From the NCBI RefSeq assembly GCF_000015585.1, contig NC_008789.1, positions 210,001 to 242,000 on the forward strand: a DNA stretch of 32,000 nt, read 5' to 3'. This document shows positions 8,449 to 17,238 of the stretch, in pieces. The DNA is from Halorhodospira halophila SL1 (GTDB taxonomy: Bacteria; Pseudomonadota; Gammaproteobacteria; Nitrococcales; Halorhodospiraceae). How positions within the stretch are numbered: position 1 is the stretch's first letter; each line of letters opens with the position of its first letter. The notes under the pieces are model-generated. The model was not told the DNA's origin. It was given only the letters and a program-made list of their open reading frames with translations, and did not search any database. The translations under genes were made by a program, and so were the position numbers.

Positions 8449-10656
8449 ATGCCCGCCCGCCTGAGACGGCTGCTGCTCTGCCTGCACCGCTGGATCACCC
8501 TCGCCCTCGCCCCCTTGTTTCTGGTGATCATCCTCAGCGGCGGCCTGCTGGCGCTCGAACCGGTGGTCCGGGACCTGGCGGCATCGCCGGGCGCGGAGGA
8601 ACCGATCCCGCTCGCGGAGCTGCAACGCTTCCTGGCCGAGGTCGACCCCCAGCAGCGCACCCGCGCCCTGACCCTGGAGCAGGGTGGGACCGCCGTGCTC
8701 GAACTCAGTCGTGCCGGGGAGCGCTGGCACGAGGCGTTCGACCTTGAACAGCGCACCTCCCTGGGCGAACGCGCCTACGGCGGTGCGTTCTTCCAGACCG
8801 TCCGACACCTGCACAAGGACCTGATGCTCGACCTGGCGGTGGTCGTCGAGGTCGCCAGCTACGCACTGATCCTGGTGCTGATCGCTGGCCCCTGGCTGGC
8901 CTGGCCCCGGCTGCGCCACAGCCTGACCCAGTGGCACACCTTGATCGGCTGGCTGACCCTGCCCCTGCTCCTGCTCGTCTCGATCACCGGCGTGCTGATG
9001 GCCCTGGAGCTCGGCACCCCCCGGCTGCCCCCGGTGGACCGCGACGCCGGACGCCTGGCCGTAGGCCCGGTCCTGCAACAACTCGAGGCCACCGAGACCA
9101 CCCACGTCTACCGCATGGAACGCTTCGAGCGCGCTGCCTGGACGGTGGAGGTCGACGGCACCGCAGGCCACCGGCAGCTGATCGTCACCGCCGAGGGGAT
9201 CACCCCGGTGGACGCCTACCCCGGCTGGGTCGCCGAGCTTCACCAGGGCACCTGGGCGGGCCCCTGGTCGGGACTCATCAACCTGCTGGCCGCCCTGGCC
9301 CTGCTGTTCCTGTTCATCAGCGGTGTCTGGCTCTGGGCACGCCGCTGGCTGGGCGGACGGCGCCGTGGTGACGCCGATGCGGATCTGCTCATCGCCTACG
9401 CCAGTCAGACGGGCACGGCGGCCCAACTGGCTGCGGAGACAGCGCGCGCGCTGCGCAGCGGCGGCGCCCGCATCGAAGAGGCCGCCCTGTCCGCCCTGGA
9501 GCCGAAGGCACTCGACGGCTATCGCTACACGCTGCTGATCGTCTCCACCTGTGGCGACGGGGACATGCCGGATACCGGACGCACCTTTCTGGCGGCCCTG
9601 GAAAGCTCGTCGTTGAACCGCACACGATTCGCACTGCTCGCCCTCGGCGACTCTAGTTACCGGCACTTCTGCGCCGCCGGGGAGAGCCTGCGCACCAGCC
9701 TGCGCCGTGCCGGGGCCGAAGAGGTTCTGCCCATGGCCCGAGCCGATGGCGCCCCGGAGGCCACCTGGCAGCTCTGGCTCGGCGAGGTGGCGGAACTGGT
9801 CGGCGTGCAGCCAGGCCAGACCAAACCGATCCCGGCCGATCAGCCCCTGCAGCTGACCCTGCGCCGGCGCGAACAGCTCAACGACCCGAACGACCCCATC
9901 ACCCAGGAAGTTTGGGGGCTGACGCTGGAGAGCGACACCCCTCTGACCTACCGCCCCGGGGACCTCCTGCTGGTGCGCCCCGGCGAGGGTGAGCCGGCAC
10001 GCCCCTACTCCATCGGTAGCACCCCGCTCGACGCCCCGCACCGGCTCGAACTGACCGTCGCCGTCACCAGCCGTACCGATGCACGGGGCAAAAACCGCCC
10101 CGGGAAGGCGTCCAGCCTCCTGGCGCAACGGCTTCAGCTAGGCGAAACCATCGCAACGTCCCTGCGCACCCACCGGCACATGCACCCACCAGACGACCCG
10201 CAGCAACCGATCATCCTGATCGCCGCCGGTTGCGGGATTGCCCCCTTCATCGGCTTCGTGGCCGAGCGCGCCGCCCAGAGCCAACGCGGCCCGGTCTGGC
10301 TGATCTTCGGCAACCGCCGCCGCCACGGTGACTTCTTCCACGCCGAGCGCCTGCAGCGGTGGCAGGCCCAGGGCGTGCTCACGCGGCTTGACCTGGCGTT
10401 CTCCCGAGACCCGGAGGACGGCGGCTACGTGCAAGACCGGATCGCGGACGCGCGGGCCATGCTGGTGGACTGGATGCTCCACCGCAACGCCCGGATCTAC
10501 GCCTGTGGACGACGCAGCACCATCGGAACGGCAGTGCCAACCGCACTGACCGAGGCCCTGCGCCAGTGCGGTGCTCCGGCCTATCGTGACCAGGCCGAGG
10601 CGGTCGTGCGAGGCTGGCAAAGCGACGGCCGACTGCGCCTCGACGTGATCGACTGA
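8449..10656 (+). CDS. Fusion protein: PepSY_TM-type membrane domain + flavodoxin-like FMN domain + FAD/NADPH ferredoxin-reductase domain (CysJ-like diflavin reductase)
   Basis: The N-terminal roughly 300 aa has 4 TM helices with His motifs (LHRWITL, HLHKD, QWHTLIGW, ELHQGTW). The flavodoxin motif is LLIAYASQTGTAAQLA. The FAD motif is RPYSIGS, the NADPH motifs are ILIAAGCGIAPFIGF and ..IYACG. Confidence 0.85.
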   Translation: MPARLRRLLLCLHRWITLALAPLFLVIILSGGLLALEPVVRDLAASPGAEEPIPLAELQRFLAEVDPQQRTRALTLEQGGTAVLELSRAGERWHEAFDLEQRTSLGERAYGGAFFQTVRHLHKDLMLDLAVVVEVASYALILVLIAGPWLAWPRLRHSLTQWHTLIGWLTLPLLLLVSITGVLMALELGTPRLPPVDRDAGRLAVGPVLQQLEATETTHVYRMERFERAAWTVEVDGTAGHRQLIVTAEGITPVDAYPGWVAELHQGTWAGPWSGLINLLAALALLFLFISGVWLWARRWLGGRRRGDADADLLIAYASQTGTAAQLAAETARALRSGGARIEEAALSALEPKALDGYRYTLLIVSTCGDGDMPDTGRTFLAALESSSLNRTRFALLALGDSSYRHFCAAGESLRTSLRRAGAEEVLPMARADGAPEATWQLWLGEVAELVGVQPGQTKPIPADQPLQLTLRRREQLNDPNDPITQEVWGLTLESDTPLTYRPGDLLLVRPGEGEPARPYSIGSTPLDAPHRLELTVAVTSRTDARGKNRPGKASSLLAQRLQLGETIATSLRTHRHMHPPDDPQQPIILIAAGCGIAPFIGFVAERAAQSQRGPVWLIFGNRRRHGDFFHAERLQRWQAQGVLTRLDLAFSRDPEDGGYVQDRIADARAMLVDWMLHRNARIYACGRRSTIGTAVPTALTEALRQCGAPAYRDQAEAVVRGWQSDGRLRLDVID

Positions 10657-10660
10657 GCCC

Positions 10661-11539
10661 ATGGAACAACGCCCCCGCAGCCAGACCGCCGAGATCGCTG
10701 CCGCACTCCGTGTCTGGCACACCCGTCTCGACGACGCCCCGACGATCTTCGACGACCGGGCCGTACTCCCCCTCCTGAGCCCGCGGATGCGCCAGCTGGT
10801 GCAACCACCGCCCCCACTGCTGGCCATGCAGCTACGCACCATGGAGGGCATGCACCCGGAACTCGCCGCCCTGCGCGGTCAGACGGTCACCCGCGCCCGC
10901 TTCGCCGAGGACGCCCTGGACGCCGCCGTGGACCGGGGCCACCGCCAGATCGTGCTGCTCGGGGCGGGGCTGGACACCACCGCCCTCCGCCGCCCGGACC
11001 TCCTCGCCCGGACCACCCTGCTGGAGGTGGATCAGGCCCCCATGCAGTGGTGGAAGCGGGCCCATCTGCCCGCCAAGGTGGCCAACCGGATGCGATTCGT
11101 GGCGGTGGACTTCGCCCGCGACCGACTGGCCGAGCGCCTCCTGGACGCTCGAATCGATCCGCAGACTCCGCTGTTCGCCAACTGGATGGGCTGCACCTAC
11201 TACCTGCCCCCGGAGGCCATCGGTGCCACGCTGCAAGGCCTGGCGGAGGTCGCGGCCCCGGGCAGCGAGCTGGTCGCCGATTACTGGCTGCCCGCCGGGG
11301 AGCTGTCGTGGCGGCCGCGTATGCTGTTGCGGGGGGTCGAGCTGGCCCTGAATACGCAGCAGGAGCCACTGCTCGGTCTGATACGGCCCGATACCCTGCA
11401 CCGGCTGGCGGCGAACACCGGCTGGCAAGTACTCGAGGAACTGGACGCGCCCGCCCTCCGGGCACACTGGCTCTCTGAACGACGCGACTCGCTCTCGGTC
11501 CCCGCCTTCGCCCGCTGCCTGCGCCTGGTGCGCGACTGA
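10661..11539 (+). CDS. Class I SAM-dependent methyltransferase, leucine-carboxyl-methyltransferase (LCM / TIGR00027) type
   Basis: It starts 4 nt after the preceding stop. Motifs: FDDRAV, QIVLLGAGLDTTALR (SAM motif I), VDF, NWMGCTYYLPPEA. Confidence 0.8.
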   Translation: MEQRPRSQTAEIAAALRVWHTRLDDAPTIFDDRAVLPLLSPRMRQLVQPPPPLLAMQLRTMEGMHPELAALRGQTVTRARFAEDALDAAVDRGHRQIVLLGAGLDTTALRRPDLLARTTLLEVDQAPMQWWKRAHLPAKVANRMRFVAVDFARDRLAERLLDARIDPQTPLFANWMGCTYYLPPEAIGATLQGLAEVAAPGSELVADYWLPAGELSWRPRMLLRGVELALNTQQEPLLGLIRPDTLHRLAANTGWQVLEELDAPALRAHWLSERRDSLSVPAFARCLRLVRD

Positions 11540-11549
11540 GCTCGGCCCG

Positions 11550-12626
11550 TCATCGGCGCTCGCGCAGCAGCGGCTCCAGCTCCTCGATGGCCTGCTCCCA
11601 GTAGTCCACATCGGCGCGATACCAGTCACCCTCCGGCGTTCGGCAACTGGCGTACTGGAACGGAGGTGGCACCTGGGCAATCCGGAAACGCAGATCGGCG
11701 TAGATGGCGCAGGCATCGCCCTGGTGCACGACCACCTTGCGCAAATAGGGCAGCTGCGCGAAGCGCCGGAACTCGGCAAACTCCGGGCGCCACCATGCCG
11801 CCTCGGCGAACTCGCGCACTGCACCGTCGCCGAAGCGCGGCAGCCGCTCCCACTCCAGCGCCTCGGGCGGTCGGAACGACTGCCAGTGCCGGGTCAGCAG
11901 GCCGGCGGTCTCATCCACCGTCTGCTCGCCCGCCCCGAAACCCAGATGGGCCGACCAGTAGGCGTCGTCGCCCTCGATGAACAACCGCCAGTTCAAGGGA
12001 GATAACGGTTGGGGCATGGCGTGGACCCGGGCCCCGTGCATCCCGCGCTCCTCGGCGGCTAGCCGCGCATGCTCGAGGGCGTGCACATGGGCCACCGACT
12101 GGACCGCGATCACGGCGCCGGCGGCCGCCAGCCCCAACGCCGCCCAGAGCCGCCCACCGTAGCGCCAGGTCAACAGCAGCCCGAGCAGGAGCGCGCCCGT
12201 GATCCACGGATCGAGGATGAAGGTCACCGGGAAGGCGAAGGTCTCTCGAGAGAACGGGGCGAGCAGTTGGGTCCCGTAGTTGGTGATCCAGTCACCGAAG
12301 ATGTGAATCCCGGTGCCCAGGGCGAAGATGAGCGCCCCATCGCGCCAGTCCCGTTGCCCCGGCCACAGACGCGCCACCACCCAGCCCAGCAGAAGCGCCC
12401 AGAATGGGAGCAGCAGCAGTGAATGCGTCTCGCCCCGATGGAGGTTGTAGTAGACCAGGGAGTCGGCGATCACCAGCCCCAGGAACCAGTCGATATCCGG
12501 GAACAGGGCCGCCCCGGCGCCGATCCAGGTGCGTTCGCGGAGGGAAAAGCGTGGCGCCCCGCAGTCGCGCGGCGCCACCACCCGGTTGATCAGTGCGCCG
12601 CTGGCCGCATGGGTGACAGGATCCAT
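11550..12626 (-). CDS. Membrane-bound metal-dependent hydrolase (DUF457/YdjM-like) with extended C-terminal domain
   Basis: I chose the ATG at 12626 (SD GGAG), giving MDPVTHAASGAL, the typical family N-terminus. It has His-rich TM core motifs (HRGETHSLL, GIHIFGDW). Confidence 0.75.
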   Translation of the reverse strand: MDPVTHAASGALINRVVAPRDCGAPRFSLRERTWIGAGAALFPDIDWFLGLVIADSLVYYNLHRGETHSLLLLPFWALLLGWVVARLWPGQRDWRDGALIFALGTGIHIFGDWITNYGTQLLAPFSRETFAFPVTFILDPWITGALLLGLLLTWRYGGRLWAALGLAAAGAVIAVQSVAHVHALEHARLAAEERGMHGARVHAMPQPLSPLNWRLFIEGDDAYWSAHLGFGAGEQTVDETAGLLTRHWQSFRPPEALEWERLPRFGDGAVREFAEAAWWRPEFAEFRRFAQLPYLRKVVVHQGDACAIYADLRFRIAQVPPPFQYASCRTPEGDWYRADVDYWEQAIEELEPLLRERR

Positions 12627-12666
12627 CACTCCAAGATGCCAGCCCGGCGATTTCAAACACAAATGA

Positions 12667-13953
12667 ATGCTTTATCCTAGCGGACCCATGCACCACCCGG
12701 GGCATACAGAGCAGCCTATGGGCAGCGGCCAACGCCTGGAGAGCCTCGATGCCGTCCGCGGGGCGGCAGTGCTGGGTATCCTGGTCATCAACATCCAGCT
12801 CTTCGCCATGCCGGTGGCCGGGCTGTTGAGCCCGACCCTGCTCGGCGGTTTCGAGGGCTGGGACTACGTCGTCTGGGCCATCGGCCACGTCTTCTTCGAG
12901 GGCAAGTTCATCGCCCTCTTCGCCGCCCTGTTCGGCGCCGGCGCCGTCCTGCTCGCCGAACGCCACCGGGCGGCCGGCATCAACCCCTGGGTGGTCCACC
13001 GCCGGCGCATGCTCGCCCTCGGCGCCATCGGCCTGGCCCACGGCACCCTGTTGTGGATGGGGGATATCCTGTTCATCTACGCCGCGATGGGGCTGCTCGC
13101 CTTCCTGTTCATCGACCGCACGCCGCGTGCGCTCCTGGCCTGGGGGGCCGCGCTCTACGCCCTGCCCATCCTGCTGACCATGGCCGCCGGCTGGGGGCTG
13201 ACCCTGCTGCCCACCGCCGGCTTCATCAAGCTCGCCTCCGCCTCGCCGCCCGTCCACGAGGAGATCACCGCGGCCATCGAGGCCTATCAGGGCGGATGGC
13301 TGACGCAGATGGAGCAGCGCCTCCCCGAGGCCCTCACCCGCTATCTGGTCGGCACCCCGGCACGCCTGGGCTGGCTGACCCTCGGCTGCATGCTGATCGG
13401 CATGGCCGCGTACAAGAACGGCTTCCTCACCGGCGCCTGGAGCTCCCGGGCCTACGCGCGGGTGGTGGGCTACGGCCTGGGCATCGGCGTCCCGATGAGC
13501 ATCGTCGGGATCGCTTACCGCGAGTGGCGCGACTGGGAATTGCTCAGCGGCTTCTTCTTCAGCACCCAGCTCAATCAGCTGGCGGTGCCCTTCGTCGCCG
13601 CAGGGTGGGCCGCCCTGATCATCCTCGCCTTCCAACGCGGCTGGCTCGGACGCCTGCACTGGCCGTTGACCGCCGTAGGACGGACAGCCTTGAGTGGTTA
13701 CCTGCTACAGTCGGTGCTGTGTACCCTGGTCTTCTACGGCCACGGGCTGGGGCTGTACGGCGAGATGGGGCGGCCGACCCAGCTGCTGGTGGTACTCGGC
13801 GTCTGGCTGGTCCTGCTGATCGCCGCACCCCTGTGGCTGCGCGCCTTCCGCATGGGACCGGCGGAATGGCTCCTCCGCCAGGCCACACAGCTGCCGAGAC
13901 CGGCGCCACCATGCCCCCCGGTCCCCCCGCCGCGCAGCCCCGACGCCGGCTGA
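12667..13953 (+). CDS. DUF418/YeiB-like polytopic membrane protein
   Basis: RLESLDAVRGAAVLGILVINI, FALFAALFGAG and about 9 further TM helices match this family. The true start may be the ATG at 12718 (MGSGQRLESLD). Confidence 0.8.
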   Translation: MLYPSGPMHHPGHTEQPMGSGQRLESLDAVRGAAVLGILVINIQLFAMPVAGLLSPTLLGGFEGWDYVVWAIGHVFFEGKFIALFAALFGAGAVLLAERHRAAGINPWVVHRRRMLALGAIGLAHGTLLWMGDILFIYAAMGLLAFLFIDRTPRALLAWGAALYALPILLTMAAGWGLTLLPTAGFIKLASASPPVHEEITAAIEAYQGGWLTQMEQRLPEALTRYLVGTPARLGWLTLGCMLIGMAAYKNGFLTGAWSSRAYARVVGYGLGIGVPMSIVGIAYREWRDWELLSGFFFSTQLNQLAVPFVAAGWAALIILAFQRGWLGRLHWPLTAVGRTALSGYLLQSVLCTLVFYGHGLGLYGEMGRPTQLLVVLGVWLVLLIAAPLWLRAFRMGPAEWLLRQATQLPRPAPPCPPVPPPRSPDAG

Positions 13954-13987
13954 ACGACCCCGTGCCCCCACACCCCGGAGGTGGCCC

Positions 13988-14185
13988 ATGAAGGTAACCA
14001 TCGAGGTCGATCTGACCCCCCAGGAGGCCCAGGAACTGATGAGTGGCTCGGCCGAATCGGCCCTGGCCTTCCAGCAGCAGTTCCTCGAGGCGGTCTCCCA
14101 GGAGGTGGCCCGCCAGCTCACCCGGCAGTGGGAGCAGTGGCCGCGGCCTCCGTGGGCCCCCGGGACGGGCTCGCACACGGAGTAA
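13988..14185 (+). CDS. Small conserved-looking hypothetical protein (65 aa)
   Basis: SD GGAGGTGG precedes the ATG. It shows strong G/C third-position bias. The N-terminus [17 protein letters not shown] resembles a small proteobacterial DUF family that I recall only vaguely. Its last 68 nt overlap the convergent MCP gene. Confidence 0.5.
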   Translation: MKVTIEVDLTPQEAQELMSGSAESALAFQQQFLEAVSQEVARQLTRQWEQWPRPPWAPGTGSHTE

Positions 14186-15614
14186 GGCCGCTCTCGTGGA
14201 GGGCACGCAGGGAGAGGTCGGCTGCCAGGACGCCCTGGACCGCGCCGAAGGGGTCCAGCAATGGCACGCCGACGGTAAAGCAGTAATCGCGGCTCGCAGC
14301 CGAACGGTAGAGCGGGGTCACAAACGTCCGGCCGTCCTGCACGGCCCGCTGAAACCAGCTGCGCGCCGACCAGTCCTGCCCCAGGCCACTCTCGCCGTAA
14401 GCAACCTCGAATCCATCCCGGGCGATGTTCTCGGTGATCTGCCGCCCATGGCGGTCTGTTGCGTAGAACAGTTCCAGCGACGGTGAATCCCGCAATGCCT
14501 GCCGCATGGCCTGCTCCATTGCGGCGCGTTCCAACCTGTCCTGTTCCTGAAACCGGCGGGCCGCCGCCTCCACCGATTCGCGGGCGCGGCGATGCACATC
14601 CAGACGAAAGACGCCGATGGCGTCCAGGGCCCCGGCGCTCAACGACTCCAGGCGATCGCTGAGCTGTTGCACCCCCTCGGCCCGACCATCCATGTCTTGG
14701 GCGATCTGCGCCACCTCCTGGATATCACTGCTGACGGACTGGGCCGTGGTCGCCATCTGCTCCGTTGCGCTGGCCACGGCTCGCACCCCGTCGCCAAGTT
14801 GCCCCACCGCCTCCCGAGCCTCCTTGAGGTGGTCCCGGGTCGCACGCACCTGATCCAGGCCGGCTCCCATGTCTTCGCGCACCTGTTCGACCTGTTCCAC
14901 CGTCTGCTGCACGCCACCCTGCACCTGATCGAGCAGTTTCTGCACCCGATCCGTCGCCTCACTGGTCTGCTCTGCCAGGCTGCGCACCTCCTCCGCCACC
15001 ACCGCAAACCCTGCACCGGCGGCACCGGCTCGGGCCGCCTCGATGGCCGCATTCAACGCCAGGAGATTGGTTCTCTTGGCGATGGAGTCGATGATCTCGA
15101 CCACCTCGCTGATCTCGTACGCCCCACTGCTGAGCGCTGCTGTCGTCTCAGCAAGTTGACCGACGCCCTCTCCGATGGCCTCGACGCGCTGGTGTGCAGC
15201 CTCACCGTATTGATCACACTCGGCCGCCGTCCGGTGCACCTTCTCCCCGAGCTCAGCGATCTGTTGACTGTTCGGGGCCAATTCCTGCTCAAGCGTCACC
15301 GCCATCTGCTCGCTCGCACTCGCAATACTACCGGCCGTGGTCGCCAGCGCGCCGCTGTGTTCCCGGGTTTGCCGAGCGTTCGCGGCCAACTCCGGCACCG
15401 CCTCGGCCATGGCGACCGTCGCTTCGCTGGCCCGCCCGATCTCCTCCTGCAGCTTGCCCACGAACCGATCCATGGGCTCGGCCACCACGGGCTCAACACC
15501 GTGCTCACAAAAGCTCAGGGTCAGATCCCAGTCCCGCTCGGTCTGCTCTTCCAGAAGGCTCGCCAGACGGTCGCGGGCGCTACTGCGAGGGCTGAAGGTC
15601 GGAAGAAACGCCAT
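14118..15614 (-). CDS. Soluble (no TM) methyl-accepting chemotaxis protein with C-terminal PAS/Cache-like (YkuI_C-type) sensor domain
   Basis: I chose the ATG at 15614 (SD GGGAG), giving MAFLPTF. The highly conserved MCP hairpin [37 protein letters not shown] is present. I see no hydrophobic TM segment. The C-terminal roughly 130 aa reads [11 protein letters not shown]...[12 protein letters not shown]...[22 protein letters not shown]. Confidence 0.9.
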   Translation of the reverse strand: MAFLPTFSPRSSARDRLASLLEEQTERDWDLTLSFCEHGVEPVVAEPMDRFVGKLQEEIGRASEATVAMAEAVPELAANARQTREHSGALATTAGSIASASEQMAVTLEQELAPNSQQIAELGEKVHRTAAECDQYGEAAHQRVEAIGEGVGQLAETTAALSSGAYEISEVVEIIDSIAKRTNLLALNAAIEAARAGAAGAGFAVVAEEVRSLAEQTSEATDRVQKLLDQVQGGVQQTVEQVEQVREDMGAGLDQVRATRDHLKEAREAVGQLGDGVRAVASATEQMATTAQSVSSDIQEVAQIAQDMDGRAEGVQQLSDRLESLSAGALDAIGVFRLDVHRRARESVEAAARRFQEQDRLERAAMEQAMRQALRDSPSLELFYATDRHGRQITENIARDGFEVAYGESGLGQDWSARSWFQRAVQDGRTFVTPLYRSAASRDYCFTVGVPLLDPFGAVQGVLAADLSLRALHESGLTPCASPSRGPTEAAATAPTAG

Positions 15615-15827
15615 GAGGACTCCCGTGTTGTCGTTTGCCTGTCCTTGCGCGGCAAGTATCGTTCCAGCACACGATTCACCGACCCGTCTGGGCAAAGCCC
15701 CACCGTTACGGCGCTTGCGCACAATCGTTGTGCATCGATCAAACCCCACGGCACATCTGTGGTGCAGACAGGGACGGCGGGATCCGCGGAAACACACTCA
15801 ATTGAGGAGACACGCGCCTCGAAAGCG

Positions 15828-15842
15828 GGCACGGTTCCTGCT
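15828..15842 (+). promoter_or_regulatory. Candidate sigma-54 (-24/-12) promoter upstream of the EAL gene
   Basis: GGCACG-gttc-CTGCT matches the TGGCACG-N4-TTGCW consensus with correct GG/GC spacing. It lies about 70 nt upstream of the ATG at 15912. Confidence 0.35.
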
Positions 15843-15911
15843 TATCTGACCAGCAGCTCGGCCCCATCGCGGACGGGCAGGACGAACGACGCAACTGAAT
15901 AAAGGACGTCT

Positions 15912-17201
15912 ATGCCTCGCCCTTCGGATCAATGGTTCGATTACCGCCTCGAAAGCGCCTTCCAGCCGATCCTCAGCCTCAGCCACCGCCGCATTGTCGG
16001 CTACGAGGCCCTGCTACGCGGCAGATGCTCGACCACCGGGGCGCTGCTCCCTCCTGCCCGGGTCTTTGAGGCGGCCAACACACTCGAGCATCTGCACCAG
16101 CTCGAGCAACAGAGCCAGGCTGTGCATATCGCCAACTTCCAACGGTGCGGCGACCCCGAAGCGCCGCCGAAGTGGCTGTTCCTGAACGTCAGCCCGGAGA
16201 CCGTCGCCGACAACGCCTATCGTGACCTACTGCCGGAGGCACTCCGCTTCGGGGGGGTGCGGCAGCACCAGATCGTCGTGGAGTTGCTCGAAACCCCCGG
16301 CAACGAGACCACCCTGGCCGAGGCGGTGGATTACTTCCGGGGCCTGGGCTGCCTGGTCGCCCTCGACGACTTCGGCACCGGCTACTCGAATTTTGAACGC
16401 CTGTGGGCGCTTGAGCCCGATCTGGTCAAACTGGATCGCTCACTGATCCAGGGCGCCGCAGAGGCGCTCAACAGCAAACGCCGCATCCTCAGCAACCTGG
16501 TTGCCTTGATCCACGAGGCCGGGAGTCTGGTGGTCCTCGAGGGGGTCGAGAGCGAAGAGCAAGCGATGATCGCCCTGGATGCCGATATCGACCTGGTCCA
16601 GGGATTTTACTTCGCGCTGCCGACTCTGGACTCCCATGCTCCGGCGGAGCGCGGCCTGGCGCAGGTGCATCAGGTGACCGAACGCTTCACCGAGGAGACC
16701 CTTACCGCAGTCAACCGGGAGCAAATCACCCTGCAACCGTACGAGCAGACCTTCCTGCGGGCGGCAACCCGGCTGGACCGGGGCCATGGTCTGCGCGAGA
16801 GTTGTGCCGATCTCATGGCCCTGCGGGGCGTTCAGCGCTGCTTCGTCCTCAATCAACGCGGTGAACAAGTCGGGGAACACCTGCTGCCCGCCGGGCTGAA
16901 AGCCGATGCCCCGGTGACGACCGACCCCCGCCACGCTCCGCTCGTGGACACCCGTGGCGGCACTTGGTCGAGGCGACCGTACTTCCGCGATGCCCTGCTC
17001 GCCCCCCGGCGGCTGAAGATCTCTCGCCCCTACTTGTCCAGCACGGGCCGACACGTCTGCATCACCCTCTCGATCGCCACGCGCTCCCACGACGACGGCC
17101 ATTACTACGTGCTCTGCTGCGACGTCGCATGGTACCCGGGCGGCGCCCCCGAAAAAGCGCCTTGCGAAGGAACCTCCCGGGCCGCAGCGCCGAGTCCGTG
17201 A
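15912..17201 (+). CDS. EAL-domain c-di-GMP phosphodiesterase with C-terminal PAS/Cache-like (YkuI_C-type) domain
   Basis: The full set of EAL catalytic motifs is present: YEALLRG, FLNVS, VVELLE, ALDDFGTGYSNFERL, VKLDRSLI, VLEGVESEEQ, QGFYFALP. The C-terminal domain reads FVLNQRGEQV...GTWSRRPYFRDAL...ISRPYLSSTGRHVCITLS. Confidence 0.9.
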   Translation: MPRPSDQWFDYRLESAFQPILSLSHRRIVGYEALLRGRCSTTGALLPPARVFEAANTLEHLHQLEQQSQAVHIANFQRCGDPEAPPKWLFLNVSPETVADNAYRDLLPEALRFGGVRQHQIVVELLETPGNETTLAEAVDYFRGLGCLVALDDFGTGYSNFERLWALEPDLVKLDRSLIQGAAEALNSKRRILSNLVALIHEAGSLVVLEGVESEEQAMIALDADIDLVQGFYFALPTLDSHAPAERGLAQVHQVTERFTEETLTAVNREQITLQPYEQTFLRAATRLDRGHGLRESCADLMALRGVQRCFVLNQRGEQVGEHLLPAGLKADAPVTTDPRHAPLVDTRGGTWSRRPYFRDALLAPRRLKISRPYLSSTGRHVCITLSIATRSHDDGHYYVLCCDVAWYPGGAPEKAPCEGTSRAAAPSP

Positions 17202-17238
17202 TCCCCCTCGGGTGCGAGTCTTCCACTCGTTCCCACGA

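Noticed and set aside
7906-10128. Very long (740 aa) minus-strand ORF overlapping modC and the PepSY_TM-reductase gene.
   Set aside because: It is antisense to genes with unambiguous motifs. Its product is Gly/Arg/Ala/Pro/Gln-rich with no motifs. This is a typical shadow ORF caused by stop-codon scarcity in high-GC DNA.
10832-13659. Minus-strand ORFs 10832-11824 and 12292-13659, and plus-strand ORFs 11666-12422, overlapping the methyltransferase, DUF457 and DUF418 genes.
   Set aside because: They are shadow frames. The chosen frames show family-specific motifs and TM periodicity, and the alternatives are Arg/Gly/Pro-rich.
14592-15902. Plus-strand 436-aa ORF opposite the MCP gene.
   Set aside because: The minus frame contains the invariant MCP signalling hairpin. 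The plus-frame product is Leu/His/Arg/Gly-rich low complexity.
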